From Patescibacteria group bacterium (GTDB lineage Bacteria; Patescibacteriota; Dojkabacteria; GCA-002793355): 64,000 nucleotides of DNA. A model generated the notes under the pieces. The model was not told where the DNA came from and did no database searches. It saw only the letters and a list, made by a program, of their open reading frames with translations. Each line of letters begins with the position of its first letter. Positions within the stretch are counted from its first letter, which is position 1. The position numbers and the translations under genes are program-made. The stretch is taken from assembly GCA_016860985.1 (NCBI GenBank), contig BOKM01000001.1:984040-1048039 (forward strand). The letters run 5' to 3'. Positions 1 through 9,099 of the stretch are shown here, one piece after another.

Positions 1-168
1 AGTGTCTAATAACCCTAAATACGCGCCAATTATAGCAGAAATCACCAAAACGGCAAGCATATTTATTGCAATGTCTTTTAAACTTGGCCACTGAACTGCC
101 TTGAACGACATAAGAATATCACCAAGGAGTGGAATTTTAACTTTTGTTTTTAAAGACAGTTTTGCCAT
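1..168 (-). CDS. secE: Preprotein translocase subunit SecE. Only the N-terminal ~56 aa are in the window; the gene runs off the left edge.
   Basis: Reverse-strand ATG at 168. Translation MAKLSLKTKVKIPLLGDILMSFKAVQWPSLKDIAINMLAVLVISAIIGAYLGLLD carries the SecE hallmark K-x-V-x-WP-S-x-x-[DE] followed by a TM helix. It sits immediately downstream of tRNA-Trp on the same strand, the classic tRNA-Trp-secE-nusG arrangement. Confidence 0.6.
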   Translation of the reverse strand, partial: MAKLSLKTKVKIPLLGDILMSFKAVQWPSLKDIAINMLAVLVISAIIGAYLGLLDT

Positions 169-218
169 GTTTGTTTTTAATAAATATTTGTGTACGCATT
201 ATTACACATAAATTCCCA

Positions 219-289
219 CAGGGGTACTCCGACTCGAACGGAGAACAGTGGTTTTGGAGACCGCCATTTTGCCATTAAACTATACCCCC
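219..289 (-). tRNA. tRNA-Trp (anticodon CCA)
   Basis: The reverse complement folds as a cloverleaf: acceptor GGGGGTA/TACCCCT, D-stem GTTT/AAAT, anticodon loop CTCCAAA (CCA), T-arm CTCCG-TTCGAGT-CGGAG, discriminator G. It is very similar to Bacillus tRNA-Trp. One C-A mismatch in the anticodon stem. Confidence 0.85.
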
Positions 290-529
290 TCGACACTATT
301 TGATTTTTGTCTCGTTGTGGTCAGTATGTTTTTTGCATGTCTGGCAGAATTTGCTCAAAGCCAATTTCTCTGCACCGGCCTTCGTTCCACGTACGGTTGT
401 ATAGTTGATATGACCGCACACGCTGCATTTCATTCTGACGTATTGTGTTTTACCCTTTTTCATCGGTTCTTCACTGATATTAAACGTGCTTCTTTACTCT
501 TAAGCTCCGATATTATAGACTATGAAGGT

Positions 530-1204
530 ATGAAACTCAACCTCTCACCACGTCTTGGGATTATTGTCATGATTCTGGTGTGGGGCTTCTTAGTCTTTTA
601 TTATTACGCACCACTTACTTCGTTTGTGACTACTCACGTTTTGCAAAGTTTTCATTCTACAGCGTATCAAGGAAAGATTTATGAGTTAGAACTCGTTGAC
701 AAAACAAAGTTTCAAGCCCGCGAGGCAGCATTTGTAAGCAGTAGTTATACCTCTGAATTTGGTATCGGCTCCGATATAGCTACTCTTGATGGCAGGGCTG
801 CTGCGTTACGCAAATATTTAAGAGATCAAGGTTCACCCTTAACACCGTATGCGGAACTAATAGTAAAAGAGGCTGATACATACAAACTTGATTGGAGGTT
901 GGTTCCTGCTATTTCAGGTATTGAGTCAAGATTTTGCCGTATAACGCCAGTTGATACAAATAATTGTTGGGGATGGCGCGGCGGACCAGGTGGCACATGG
1001 CAAAAATTTGAAGATTATGGTGTTGGCATTAAGGTGCTTACTTCTCGTTTAGCTCTTGGTTATGGAACTAACTTGACTCCATACGACATTGAGCCAGCTT
1101 ACTGCCCTCCTTGTGCTGCGAGTGGTCACAATTGGGCGCGAGCTGTAACACAATATATGCAAGGAATGTCTTTGTACCTTGATAAAAGTCGGGTGACACA
1201 GTAA
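530..1204 (+). CDS. Membrane-anchored hypothetical protein with a lysozyme-like (transglycosylase/glucosaminidase-like) C-terminal region
   Basis: The long ORF 248-1204 overlaps tRNA-Trp, so the start was moved to ATG 530 (MKLNLSPRLGIIVMILVWGFLVF, a signal-anchor). The C-terminus has AISGIESRF...NCWGWRGGPGG, reminiscent of the catalytic E-S motif of SLT/GH73 peptidoglycan hydrolases. Weak. Confidence 0.4.
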   Translation: MKLNLSPRLGIIVMILVWGFLVFYYYAPLTSFVTTHVLQSFHSTAYQGKIYELELVDKTKFQAREAAFVSSSYTSEFGIGSDIATLDGRAAALRKYLRDQGSPLTPYAELIVKEADTYKLDWRLVPAISGIESRFCRITPVDTNNCWGWRGGPGGTWQKFEDYGVGIKVLTSRLALGYGTNLTPYDIEPAYCPPCAASGHNWARAVTQYMQGMSLYLDKSRVTQ

Positions 1205-1217
1205 AATATCACACAGA

Positions 1218-1289
1218 GCGGGCGTAGTTCAGCGGTAGAATGTCTGTTTTCCAAACAGAAGATCGCGAGTTCGAATCTCGTCGCCCGCT
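1218..1289 (+). tRNA. tRNA-Gly (anticodon UCC)
   Basis: GCGGGCG-TA-GTTC-AGCGGTA-GAAT-G-TCTGT-TTTCCAA-ACAGA-AGATC-GCGAG-TTCGAAT-CTCGT-CGCCCGC-T. The 7-bp acceptor stem is perfect and the T-loop is canonical. A T-run follows. Confidence 0.9.
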
Positions 1290-1480
1290 TTTTTTATATC
1301 GTGCACAATATATCGTCAACGAGCTATTTCCTTAAAAATATCACTAATTATCGAGACTTCTCCATTGGATTACTTGACAAACTTTTTACCCTGGTTTCTC
1401 TGTTGGAAGAAAATGAAAATTATACATGAACTATAAAAATAGCACTCGAAATTTGCTTATAGGTCTAGATTGCTCTTAAG

Positions 1481-1496
1481 TACTACCATGTAGTAG
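1481..1496. promoter_or_regulatory. Putative repressor operator (inverted repeat TACTAC-N3/4-GTAGTA) upstream of the first ATPase operon
   Basis: TACTACCATGTAGTAG sits between a -35-like TTGCTC (1470-1475) and the start codon at 1534, overlapping a -10-like TAGAAT. It is a variant of the operator found at sites 2-5. Confidence 0.45.
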
Positions 1497-1533
1497 AATA
1501 ACTAATGAACCATAATAGTTATAACCTACTCAA

Positions 1534-3426
1534 TTGATGTCAGAAATATTTAAAAACAAAAAATTACAATACCTTGCACTAGTAGCAATATTTGCTTTGA
1601 TTCTAGAAATCTTGGGAATCTTTCAACTTCACTTGCCAGCAATACTCGAAATACCTATTTATATTTTAGTAATACTAATTATTGGAAGAAAGGTGCTTTT
1701 GGGCGGTGTGCAGTCCTTGTTTAGATTCAAGTTCTCTAATATTAATTTACTTATGACTGTTGCTATTTTAGGAGCTATTTTAATAGGTGAAATCGAAGAA
1801 GCTGCGGTAATAGTTGCGTTGTTTGCCGTAAGTGAAACACTTGAAGACCTTGGTATTGAAAGTAGTCAATCAAAAATTGAAAGCCTTATTAATAAAACTC
1901 CTAAATATGTGACTTTGAAAACAGGCGAGAAAGTATCTATTGATAAAGTTTCTATTGGGGATATGTTCATTGTTAAGCCAGGAGAAACAATTGGATTAGA
2001 TGGTAAGGTTTTGTATGGGGTATCAAGCATTGATGAGTCATCTATAACTGGTGAACCTCTTCCCTCAGAAAAGGTAATTGGCTCAAATGTTTATGCCAGT
2101 ACGATAAATAAAGAAGGATACTTGGAGATTGAGGTAACGAAGTTAGCAGAAGGTAGTGTTGTTCAAAGAATAGTTGAATTAACTTCTATGGCTACTCTAA
2201 ATAAAGCAAGTTATCAAAAAGTGATTGAGAAATTCTCTAAATACTATACCCCTGCTGTTCTATTACTAGCAATTTTAATTGTACTAATTCCAACAGTATT
2301 ATTTAATCAAAGTTTTCTTGAATGGTTTGAGCGTGGTATTACATTGTTACTTATTGCTTGTCCATGTGCATTAGTTATCTCAACTCCTATATCTATTTTT
2401 TCGGCAGTAGGTAATGCATCAACAAAAGGAATAATAATCAAAGGTGGAAGATTTTTAGAGGAGTTGGGCTCGGTTAAAGCAGTTGCATTTGATAAAACAA
2501 GAACATTGACGTTGGGTAAACCTGAAATTAAAGAAGTAATAACTTTCCAAGGAGCATCTAAAGAAGAGGTTTTAGCATGTGCGGCTGGAATGGAAAATCA
2601 TTCGGAACATCCTTTGTCACAGGCTGTAATTCAATATGCAGAAAAAAACAGACTGACTTTACATAAAGTAAAAGATTTTAAGTCAATTACTGGGAAAGGA
2701 ATCTCAGCAGACTGTCTGATATGTAATGTAGGAACACATTTGTTAGGAAATCTTGAGCTGATTATAGAAAACAAAAATGATGTGACTGAAGAAATAAAAG
2801 ATACGCTTAACACTATCCAGTTGCGAGGAGATACGCCTATACTATTAGCTGATAATAACGGTGTAAAAGGAATTATTGTTATTACTGATCAGATAAGACC
2901 AGAAGCTAACAACCTAATTGATAACTTGAATAAACTTGAAGTAACTCCAATTATGTTATCGGGTGACAATACTAAGACTGTTTCCTCTGTTGCAAATTCA
3001 TTACATATAAATGACTACTATGGTGATTTACTACCTGAAAATAAAGTCGAAAAGTTGAAAGAATTACAATCAAAGTATAAGACAGTTGCTATGGTAGGTG
3101 ATGGAGTCAATGATGCTCCTGTACTAGCAACATCAAATATTGGCATAGCTATGGGGGCAGTTGGCTCTGATGTCGCTATTGAATCTGCAGACATAGCTTT
3201 GATGAATGACAATATAGAATTAATTCCCTTTCTTATTAAACTGGGGAAATATACAAAGAGCACGATTCAATTTAATATTGGTCTAGCATTAATTACAAAA
3301 TTGATAGCATTAGTGTTAGCTAGTCTTGGCATTATTGGGCTTAGTTTAGCAATTTTTGCTGACGTTGGAGTTACAATCATAGTAATCCTTTTGAGCTTAA
3401 ATATTTTCAATTTTAATCAAAATTAA
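1534..3426 (+). CDS. P1B-type heavy-metal-translocating P-type ATPase (CadA/ZntA-like, no N-terminal HMA domain)
   Basis: Motifs seen: TM6 IACPCALVISTP (the CPC metal site), DKTRTLT (phosphorylation site, a variant of DKTGT), GDGVNDAP (hinge), TGEP. Eight predicted TM helices. Confidence 0.9.
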   Translation: MMSEIFKNKKLQYLALVAIFALILEILGIFQLHLPAILEIPIYILVILIIGRKVLLGGVQSLFRFKFSNINLLMTVAILGAILIGEIEEAAVIVALFAVSETLEDLGIESSQSKIESLINKTPKYVTLKTGEKVSIDKVSIGDMFIVKPGETIGLDGKVLYGVSSIDESSITGEPLPSEKVIGSNVYASTINKEGYLEIEVTKLAEGSVVQRIVELTSMATLNKASYQKVIEKFSKYYTPAVLLLAILIVLIPTVLFNQSFLEWFERGITLLLIACPCALVISTPISIFSAVGNASTKGIIIKGGRFLEELGSVKAVAFDKTRTLTLGKPEIKEVITFQGASKEEVLACAAGMENHSEHPLSQAVIQYAEKNRLTLHKVKDFKSITGKGISADCLICNVGTHLLGNLELIIENKNDVTEEIKDTLNTIQLRGDTPILLADNNGVKGIIVITDQIRPEANNLIDNLNKLEVTPIMLSGDNTKTVSSVANSLHINDYYGDLLPENKVEKLKELQSKYKTVAMVGDGVNDAPVLATSNIGIAMGAVGSDVAIESADIALMNDNIELIPFLIKLGKYTKSTIQFNIGLALITKLIALVLASLGIIGLSLAIFADVGVTIIVILLSLNIFNFNQN

Positions 3427-3446
3427 TATTATTAATAATAAAAGAA

Positions 3447-3812
3447 ATGATAAGACTAACTGGTGAATTAGAACAATTAGTTTTAAAGATTTTAAAGGAA
3501 GAGAATAAGCCTTTGATACCTGCTGAGGTGCAGAGACTAATTCAGCCGAATAAGAGTCTTGCATATACTACAGTAATGACTGTATTAAAACGATTATATG
3601 AAAAGAAGCTTTTGAAAAGAGAAAAGCATAGTACTGCATTCGCCTATAGCTATGTAAAGTCAGATTCTGGCACATCAGATTTGAAAAATATTTTTGATGG
3701 ACTGTTAACATCTTATGGTGATATTGCCATCTCAAATTTTTTTGATTCAGTAAACACCAAGCCCGAACATAAAGAATTGTTAAAGGAATACTTGAAAAAT
3801 GCAAAGAAATAA
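3447..3812 (+). CDS. BlaI/MecI/CopY-family winged-helix transcriptional repressor (paralogue 1)
   Basis: 121 aa. The signature AYTTVMTVLKRLYEKKLL is the recognition helix of the penicillinase-repressor family. There is no C-terminal CxCx4CxC copper motif. The gene overlaps the downstream M56 peptidase by 14 nt. Confidence 0.85.
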   Translation: MIRLTGELEQLVLKILKEENKPLIPAEVQRLIQPNKSLAYTTVMTVLKRLYEKKLLKREKHSTAFAYSYVKSDSGTSDLKNIFDGLLTSYGDIAISNFFDSVNTKPEHKELLKEYLKNAKK

Positions 3813-4728
3813 TTATAAAAATCATAAAATAGCTTTCAACGTCCTTGTTTATATGTTGTGGAGCATCTATTTTATGACTCTACTATTGGCAACATTCAAG
3901 TTATTATCAGGGATTGCAATGTACAGCGTTCATACATTGGAAGCCATCTCTAATCAGTTACCACTTTATAACGTTATTACGCCATTAGAGTTAATTCTTT
4001 ATTTTATATTTTCCGTCATAGTTTTTAGTCTGTGGATCAAAATATTTAAAGCATCTACCAAATTAGTTAAAGTAATAAAAGAAACTAATCGATTTCTAAA
4101 GAATCATTCCGCGATCTACTCCAATGAGTTAAATGTATATGTAATTGACACTAAAAAATTACTTGCATTTACATCAGGTATACTGAAATTTAAGATATTC
4201 ATCTCAAAGGGTGCAATTAATTCATTAAAAGAAGAAGAGCTCGAAGCAGTTATTCTGCATGAGATGCATCATGTGAGAAGCTTTGATCCTTTAAAAAATA
4301 TTATTAACAATTTTGTAGAGCGGTCAACACTGTGGTTTCCATTAAAAGAACAGCTTTTTCAGAACTATAATACTATCTCAGAACTTTCAGCAGATAAATT
4401 TGCTAGCGACAGTATGAAATCCGAGGATTCTCTTTTAAAGGCCTTAAATAAGCTTCTAAATATTTCAAATCCAACAGCATTTAGCATTGCAACGTTTATC
4501 TCAAAATTAGAACGAATTCCGATATTAACAGGTAATACTATTTTTTCTTTTAAAAGCAATTACTTAGTACTCCTAGTAAGTATTGGGATCATCTCATATC
4601 TTGGAGTATCACTAAATAGTTTTAACCCCATTGATAAATGCGATGATTTCAATCAGTGTGTCAGTTCTCTGTTAACGAAGGATCAGATGTTAGAGTCTGA
4701 CACAGGAATGTCGTGTATTAGTAATTAG
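3799..4728 (+). CDS. BlaR1/MecR1-like M56 family zinc metallopeptidase (signal-transducer type) with a Cys-rich C-terminal tail
   Basis: N-terminal TM helices and a HExxH motif in ILHEMHHVRSF. It lacks a penicillin-binding sensor domain. The C-terminus ends in ...DKCDDFNQCVSSLL...GMSCISN. It is translationally coupled to the BlaI-like gene. Confidence 0.8.
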   Translation: MQRNNYKNHKIAFNVLVYMLWSIYFMTLLLATFKLLSGIAMYSVHTLEAISNQLPLYNVITPLELILYFIFSVIVFSLWIKIFKASTKLVKVIKETNRFLKNHSAIYSNELNVYVIDTKKLLAFTSGILKFKIFISKGAINSLKEEELEAVILHEMHHVRSFDPLKNIINNFVERSTLWFPLKEQLFQNYNTISELSADKFASDSMKSEDSLLKALNKLLNISNPTAFSIATFISKLERIPILTGNTIFSFKSNYLVLLVSIGIISYLGVSLNSFNPIDKCDDFNQCVSSLLTKDQMLESDTGMSCISN

Positions 4729-4789
4729 ATAGGCTTTTTAGGCTGTTCTTAAAATATTCTATTTTTAGGATTGACACATACAATTTAAT

Positions 4790-4806
4790 CTACTACACTG
4801 TAGTAG
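4790..4806. promoter_or_regulatory. Putative operator (CTACTAC-ACT-GTAGTAG, contains a cop-box-like TACAC-TGTA) overlapping the -10 region
   Basis: Perfect 7-nt inverted arms. TTGACA -35 at 4771-4776, 13 nt upstream. Start codon of the downstream operon at 4833. Confidence 0.6.
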
Positions 4807-4832
4807 TTTAAATTGTTAGTATATTCCTTAAG

Positions 4833-5720
4833 ATGAAGAAGAATGAGAAATTACCAATAGATTTTGAGAAAGTTGGTGAAGAGATTGTAAAAAAAGAGCG
4901 AGTAACTCATATTTCAATTAGTACTGAATTATTAATACCTATTTCAATATTTTTTGGCGCAATTATTATCTCGTTATCAATTTTCTTTAGCTTTAGAGGA
5001 TTGAACATATCATCCAACACTAATACAGCGAAAGCTCCTGATGCTACTACAGAGGTGCAACAGCAAGCACAAGCTCCAGATAATCCAACTGTTAGTATAG
5101 ATAAGGTTAAATCATTATTTAATGGCGGCGGAATAAGCTTTGGTAACGAAAATAGTAAGCTCTTATTTGTCGAGTTTTCAGATCCTAGTTGTCCATATTG
5201 TCATATTGCAGGAGGTAAAAATCCAGAACTAAATAAACAAGTTGGAAAACAGTTTGTCTTAAAGGCGGATGGCGGTACGTATGTTGCTCCTGTACCAGAA
5301 ATGAAAAAGTTAGTAGATGAAGGCAAGGCATCATTTGTATGGATCTATACAAATGGCCATGGAAATGGAGAATTGGCAACTGAGTCTCTTTACTGCGCAA
5401 AGGAAAAAGGAAAGTTTTGGGAAGCACATGACTTGTTGATGAGCAATTCAGGATATTCGCTTATTAATGACACAGTTAAAAATGATAGAAGTAAATCACC
5501 AGAACTAGCTAAATTCCTGAGCTCTGTGATAGACAGTTCCTTTATGCAGGGATGTTTAGAAGGTAAAAAGTATAATGCGAAAATTGCTGAAAACCAAAAT
5601 TTGGCTAGAAGCATGGGAGTAAGTGGTACACCAGGATTCTTTGTAAATGAAACTAATTTCGCAGGTGCATACAGTTTTAATGATATGCAAAGTGTTGTAT
5701 CGGAGGCATTGTCTAAATAA
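4833..5720 (+). CDS. Membrane-anchored thioredoxin-fold protein, DsbA-like thiol:disulfide oxidoreductase (CPYC)
   Basis: N-terminal TM anchor. Active-site context VEFSDPSCPYCH matches DsbA/thioredoxin CxxC. First gene after operator 2. Confidence 0.7.
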   Translation: MKKNEKLPIDFEKVGEEIVKKERVTHISISTELLIPISIFFGAIIISLSIFFSFRGLNISSNTNTAKAPDATTEVQQQAQAPDNPTVSIDKVKSLFNGGGISFGNENSKLLFVEFSDPSCPYCHIAGGKNPELNKQVGKQFVLKADGGTYVAPVPEMKKLVDEGKASFVWIYTNGHGNGELATESLYCAKEKGKFWEAHDLLMSNSGYSLINDTVKNDRSKSPELAKFLSSVIDSSFMQGCLEGKKYNAKIAENQNLARSMGVSGTPGFFVNETNFAGAYSFNDMQSVVSEALSK

Positions 5721-5724
5721 TAAA

Positions 5725-6384
5725 ATGGAAAATAATATGAAAGGTTTTGCAATTGGAGTTACTCTTATTTCATTCATTATGCTCTTCGGATTTGTTTATC
5801 TTCTTGGGAAATCTACACCTTCCCAAGAGGATAATGCTTCAATCCTGAGTATTGATAACGATGATTGGGTATATGGTAATAGAGATTCTAAGGTTGTTCT
5901 GGTTGAATATGCTGATTACGAATGTGAAGCATGTGCTGCAGCCTCGCCTATGGTTGAAACTATTAAAGCGGAATATAAGGACAAGATAGCTTTTGTTGTT
6001 AGGTATTTTCCTTTACCTGGTCACCGATATTCAAAACAATCGGCCTATGCAGTAGAATCAGCAGGCAAGCAGGGTAAATACTGGGAAATGAATAAATTAA
6101 TGTTTCAAAATCAAACTGATTGGTCTGGTAACCCTAAGAGTGATGAAATCTTTAGAGGTTATGCACAAGACTTAGGGTTAAATATTGAGCAATTCAATGC
6201 TGATACAAGTTCAGTACAAACAAAAGACAGAGTTGATCATGATTTAAAAAGCGGAAAAGATTTGAACATTCAAGGGACCCCAACTTTTTTCTTGAATGGT
6301 AGAAAAATACCTACACCACGTAATATTGAAGCTTTTAGAAATCTTTTGGATGAAGAAATTAACAAATCAAGCACGATAGAATAA
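5725..6384 (+). CDS. DsbA-like thiol:disulfide oxidoreductase (CEAC), membrane-anchored
   Basis: The start was moved to ATG 5725 (MENNMKGFAIGVTLISFIMLF), just after the upstream stop at 5720. Motif VEYADYECEACAA. 220 aa. Confidence 0.7.
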   Translation: MENNMKGFAIGVTLISFIMLFGFVYLLGKSTPSQEDNASILSIDNDDWVYGNRDSKVVLVEYADYECEACAAASPMVETIKAEYKDKIAFVVRYFPLPGHRYSKQSAYAVESAGKQGKYWEMNKLMFQNQTDWSGNPKSDEIFRGYAQDLGLNIEQFNADTSSVQTKDRVDHDLKSGKDLNIQGTPTFFLNGRKIPTPRNIEAFRNLLDEEINKSSTIE

Positions 6385-6386
6385 AT

Positions 6387-7607
6387 ATGAATATATTTGG
6401 TATAAATACAAACCAAGCTAAAACAATAGACAGTAATTTCGCGTATCTTGATCAGAATAAATATTTTTATTTCGATTCAGCATGTCAAACACTCAGACCG
6501 CAAGTAGTCATACAATCAGAACAAGATTACTATCAAGAATATAATGCTTGTGGACATAGAGTAAAGTATGAATGGGGCAAAACTGTTGATAGCCTTACTG
6601 ATGAGACGAGAGAGCTACTTCTTAAAGCCGTTAACAAAACTTCTAAAGAATATACTGTAGCCTTTTGCTTAAATACTACTCATGGAATCAATACGATTCT
6701 TCATCAATTAAATCCTAATTTATACGATAGGATTGTAACATCTGAAATTGAACATAACTCAGTCTTCTTAAATGCCTTAACATGGAGTAAAAGAAACAAT
6801 AAGAAAAGGATTGTATGTAGTAGGCATGAGGATGGCGGATTGGAATATAAGAAAGAAGATTTGAGTAAAGCAGTTGTACTTGTAAACGAAACTAGCAATA
6901 TCGATGGGAGAAGACTTACTAATATAAATGAATTAGCTAAAGATGTTCACAATGTAGGTGGGATTATCTTACTAGATGGTGCTCAAACATTTGGTCATGA
7001 CATTCATTTCCTAAAAGATATTGATTTCGATGCAATTTTGGGCTCTGGACATAAGATGTATGGACCAAGTATAGGATTTATTATTGTAAAAAAGTCATTA
7101 TTAAAAAATTTAGATAACTACCTGATTGGTGGCGGTACTGTTGAAAATGTAAGATATAATGATTTTGATCTTGTTTCAAATGATGATGAATTATATGCTC
7201 GAATAGAAGCAGGATTACAGAATTTTGCAGGAATAATAGGACTCGGTAGTGCAATAAAATGGAAAAGTGATTTTCGGTATGGAAGTCTTAATGCCACAGA
7301 ATATGAGCAAGAATTGAAAACATATTTACTGCAAGAACTTTTGAAAATAAAATCAATTAATCTACTGAGTTTAAATCCAAGCTCAGTTGTTTCCATATAC
7401 TCCAATAAAATTGATGCACATAAATTAGGTGCGCTGCTTTCTACAAAACAAATAATGTGCAGAACTGGATATTTTTGTTGTCACTATTATTTAAAGGAAC
7501 TCAAACAGTTACCACCACTACTTAGAATTAGTTTAGGGTTAAATAACACAAAAGAACAGATCGATTTTTTGGTTGAGAACTTAGATTTCATTATTAGTAA
7601 ATTTTAA
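6387..7607 (+). CDS. Class V aminotransferase-fold protein, divergent cysteine desulfurase-like (SufS/CsdA family)
   Basis: FDSACQTLRPQ (N-terminal motif), SGHKMYGP (PLP-lysine motif S-G-H-K), and MCRTGYFCC near the C-terminus (RxGxHC-like catalytic Cys loop). 406 aa. Confidence 0.65.
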   Translation: MNIFGINTNQAKTIDSNFAYLDQNKYFYFDSACQTLRPQVVIQSEQDYYQEYNACGHRVKYEWGKTVDSLTDETRELLLKAVNKTSKEYTVAFCLNTTHGINTILHQLNPNLYDRIVTSEIEHNSVFLNALTWSKRNNKKRIVCSRHEDGGLEYKKEDLSKAVVLVNETSNIDGRRLTNINELAKDVHNVGGIILLDGAQTFGHDIHFLKDIDFDAILGSGHKMYGPSIGFIIVKKSLLKNLDNYLIGGGTVENVRYNDFDLVSNDDELYARIEAGLQNFAGIIGLGSAIKWKSDFRYGSLNATEYEQELKTYLLQELLKIKSINLLSLNPSSVVSIYSNKIDAHKLGALLSTKQIMCRTGYFCCHYYLKELKQLPPLLRISLGLNNTKEQIDFLVENLDFIISKF

Positions 7608-7618
7608 AATCCAAAACT

Positions 7619-8659
7619 ATGCTTTGTATAATAATATTCGTACTCTTTCTGCTTTTTTTTCCAATAGGAATGTTTTCAAAAACGTACCGTAATCTTTTTA
7701 AAAAAGCATGGATATGCGCATTCAAAAAAATTACTCTAAAACCGTGTGATGAAGACTTTGGAAGCGAAATTAAAAATCTAATTGTAGGGAAATTGTTTTT
7801 CAGATTTCCCCGAATTGCAAAATTTCTTGATAAAACAATGACTTTCTGGGCTATACTTTTCGTCGTTCTATCTGTTTGGAGCTTGCTTTATACAGCTAAT
7901 GCTGGATTAAACTTGTGGGTCTATGATACATGTAATCCGACAAATGGTGAGTCTTGTTCACTTGGAGGAGAATCATGTGGATTAAATACTGAACAAGCAC
8001 CCAGCATAATTGAAACTCTTTCAAGAGTACCTGAGCGATTTAAAAACTGGCAAGCAAAGGAATACGTTTCAGAAAGTGCTACATACTACAATCCGTATGA
8101 TACCTCGAAATCTGATGCCGTAGAATTTATTGATCCAGGATGTCGATTTTGTAAAAAACTTTGGGGCAACATAAAAGAATCAGGTTTTGAAAACGAGCAT
8201 AATTTAACGTATGTTGTCTACCCTATACCTCAAAAGGATTCTAATTCGGGATACCACTTTCCTCATTCTTATTACATTTCCTCTGTTTTAGAATCAATTA
8301 AATTAAGTCCTCCGCCTGAGATAACTAATTCAAATATTCCAAACGATTGGAGACTATTAGATAAATTGTTTACTGCGCAAGATGATAAATATAAAACAGA
8401 CCTGCAAAACGCAATAAACACGCTTTACACAAGAGAGGAAGTCACATTAATTATTCATGGCTACTTACGAGAATTTGGCTATAGTGATTATCAGATTATT
8501 GAAATTGAAAAATTGGCTAAGTCGGATAAGGTACAGGATAGTTTGAGTAAACAAGCTACGATTGTAACTGATAAAGTTAAGACAGTGAAAATACCAACAA
8601 TTATATTTAATGGAAAGCGTTTTGACAGGGTTGTAGATAGAGAAACTTTATCAAAGTAA
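7619..8659 (+). CDS. Membrane-anchored Cys-rich protein with a DsbA-like CxxC motif
   Basis: N-terminal TMs. CNPTNGESCSLGGESCG. VEFIDPGCRFCKK resembles the DsbA active site VEFFSFFCPHCYQ. Otherwise unassigned. Confidence 0.5.
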   Translation: MLCIIIFVLFLLFFPIGMFSKTYRNLFKKAWICAFKKITLKPCDEDFGSEIKNLIVGKLFFRFPRIAKFLDKTMTFWAILFVVLSVWSLLYTANAGLNLWVYDTCNPTNGESCSLGGESCGLNTEQAPSIIETLSRVPERFKNWQAKEYVSESATYYNPYDTSKSDAVEFIDPGCRFCKKLWGNIKESGFENEHNLTYVVYPIPQKDSNSGYHFPHSYYISSVLESIKLSPPPEITNSNIPNDWRLLDKLFTAQDDKYKTDLQNAINTLYTREEVTLIIHGYLREFGYSDYQIIEIEKLAKSDKVQDSLSKQATIVTDKVKTVKIPTIIFNGKRFDRVVDRETLSK

Positions 8660-8694
8660 TTTTACTAGCCTCTTTGAAAATTTGCCAAAGCATG

Positions 8695-8709
8695 CTACAC
8701 TTGTAGTAG
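8695..8709. promoter_or_regulatory. Putative operator (CTACA-CT-TGTAGTAG, exact cop-box TACAnnTGTA) upstream of the second BlaI-like gene
   Basis: Inverted repeat 25 nt upstream of the start codon at 8734. -35-like TTGCCA at 8682-8687. Confidence 0.55.
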
Positions 8710-8733
8710 TTATTTTATAGTAATTTAATAAGT

Positions 8734-9099
8734 ATGAAATCTTTAGTCCTTGGTGACCTCGAACAAGAAATATTATCAATTATTTGGGCTTCAAAAGAGC
8801 CAATGAATGTTCGAGCTGTACTCGAACAACTTAAAGAAAAGTCGGCATATACAACTGTTATGACAGTGATGACAAGAATGGAGAAAAAAGGTATTCTTAA
8901 ACGAATACCTGATGGTAATTCGTATGTATATACTTATACGGAAGATAGAGAAGAATTTGCGGGTAAACACTTAGGTGAAATTTTTAACTCATTAGTAGAC
9001 ACATATGGAGAGTTGGCAATTTCACAATTTGTCGATTCTATGAAAAGTGATAGCAAAAATGTTAAACTTCTCAAAGACTTTATAAATAAAAATGAATAA
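8734..9099 (+). CDS. BlaI/MecI/CopY-family transcriptional repressor (paralogue 2)
   Basis: 121 aa. AYTTVMTVMTRMEKKGIL. Same length and layout as 3447-3812. Overlaps the next gene by 8 nt. Confidence 0.85.
   Translation: MKSLVLGDLEQEILSIIWASKEPMNVRAVLEQLKEKSAYTTVMTVMTRMEKKGILKRIPDGNSYVYTYTEDREEFAGKHLGEIFNSLVDTYGELAISQFVDSMKSDSKNVKLLKDFINKNE

Noticed and set aside
248-529. N-terminal 94 codons of the six-frame ORF 248-1204
   Set aside because: This part overlaps tRNA-Trp on the opposite strand and the secE promoter region. A Met at 530 followed by a signal-anchor gives a more plausible start.
2631-3263. Small minus-strand ORFs (60 and 81 aa) inside the P1B ATPase gene
   Set aside because: They are antisense to a well-supported gene with conserved motifs, and have no start or RBS context.
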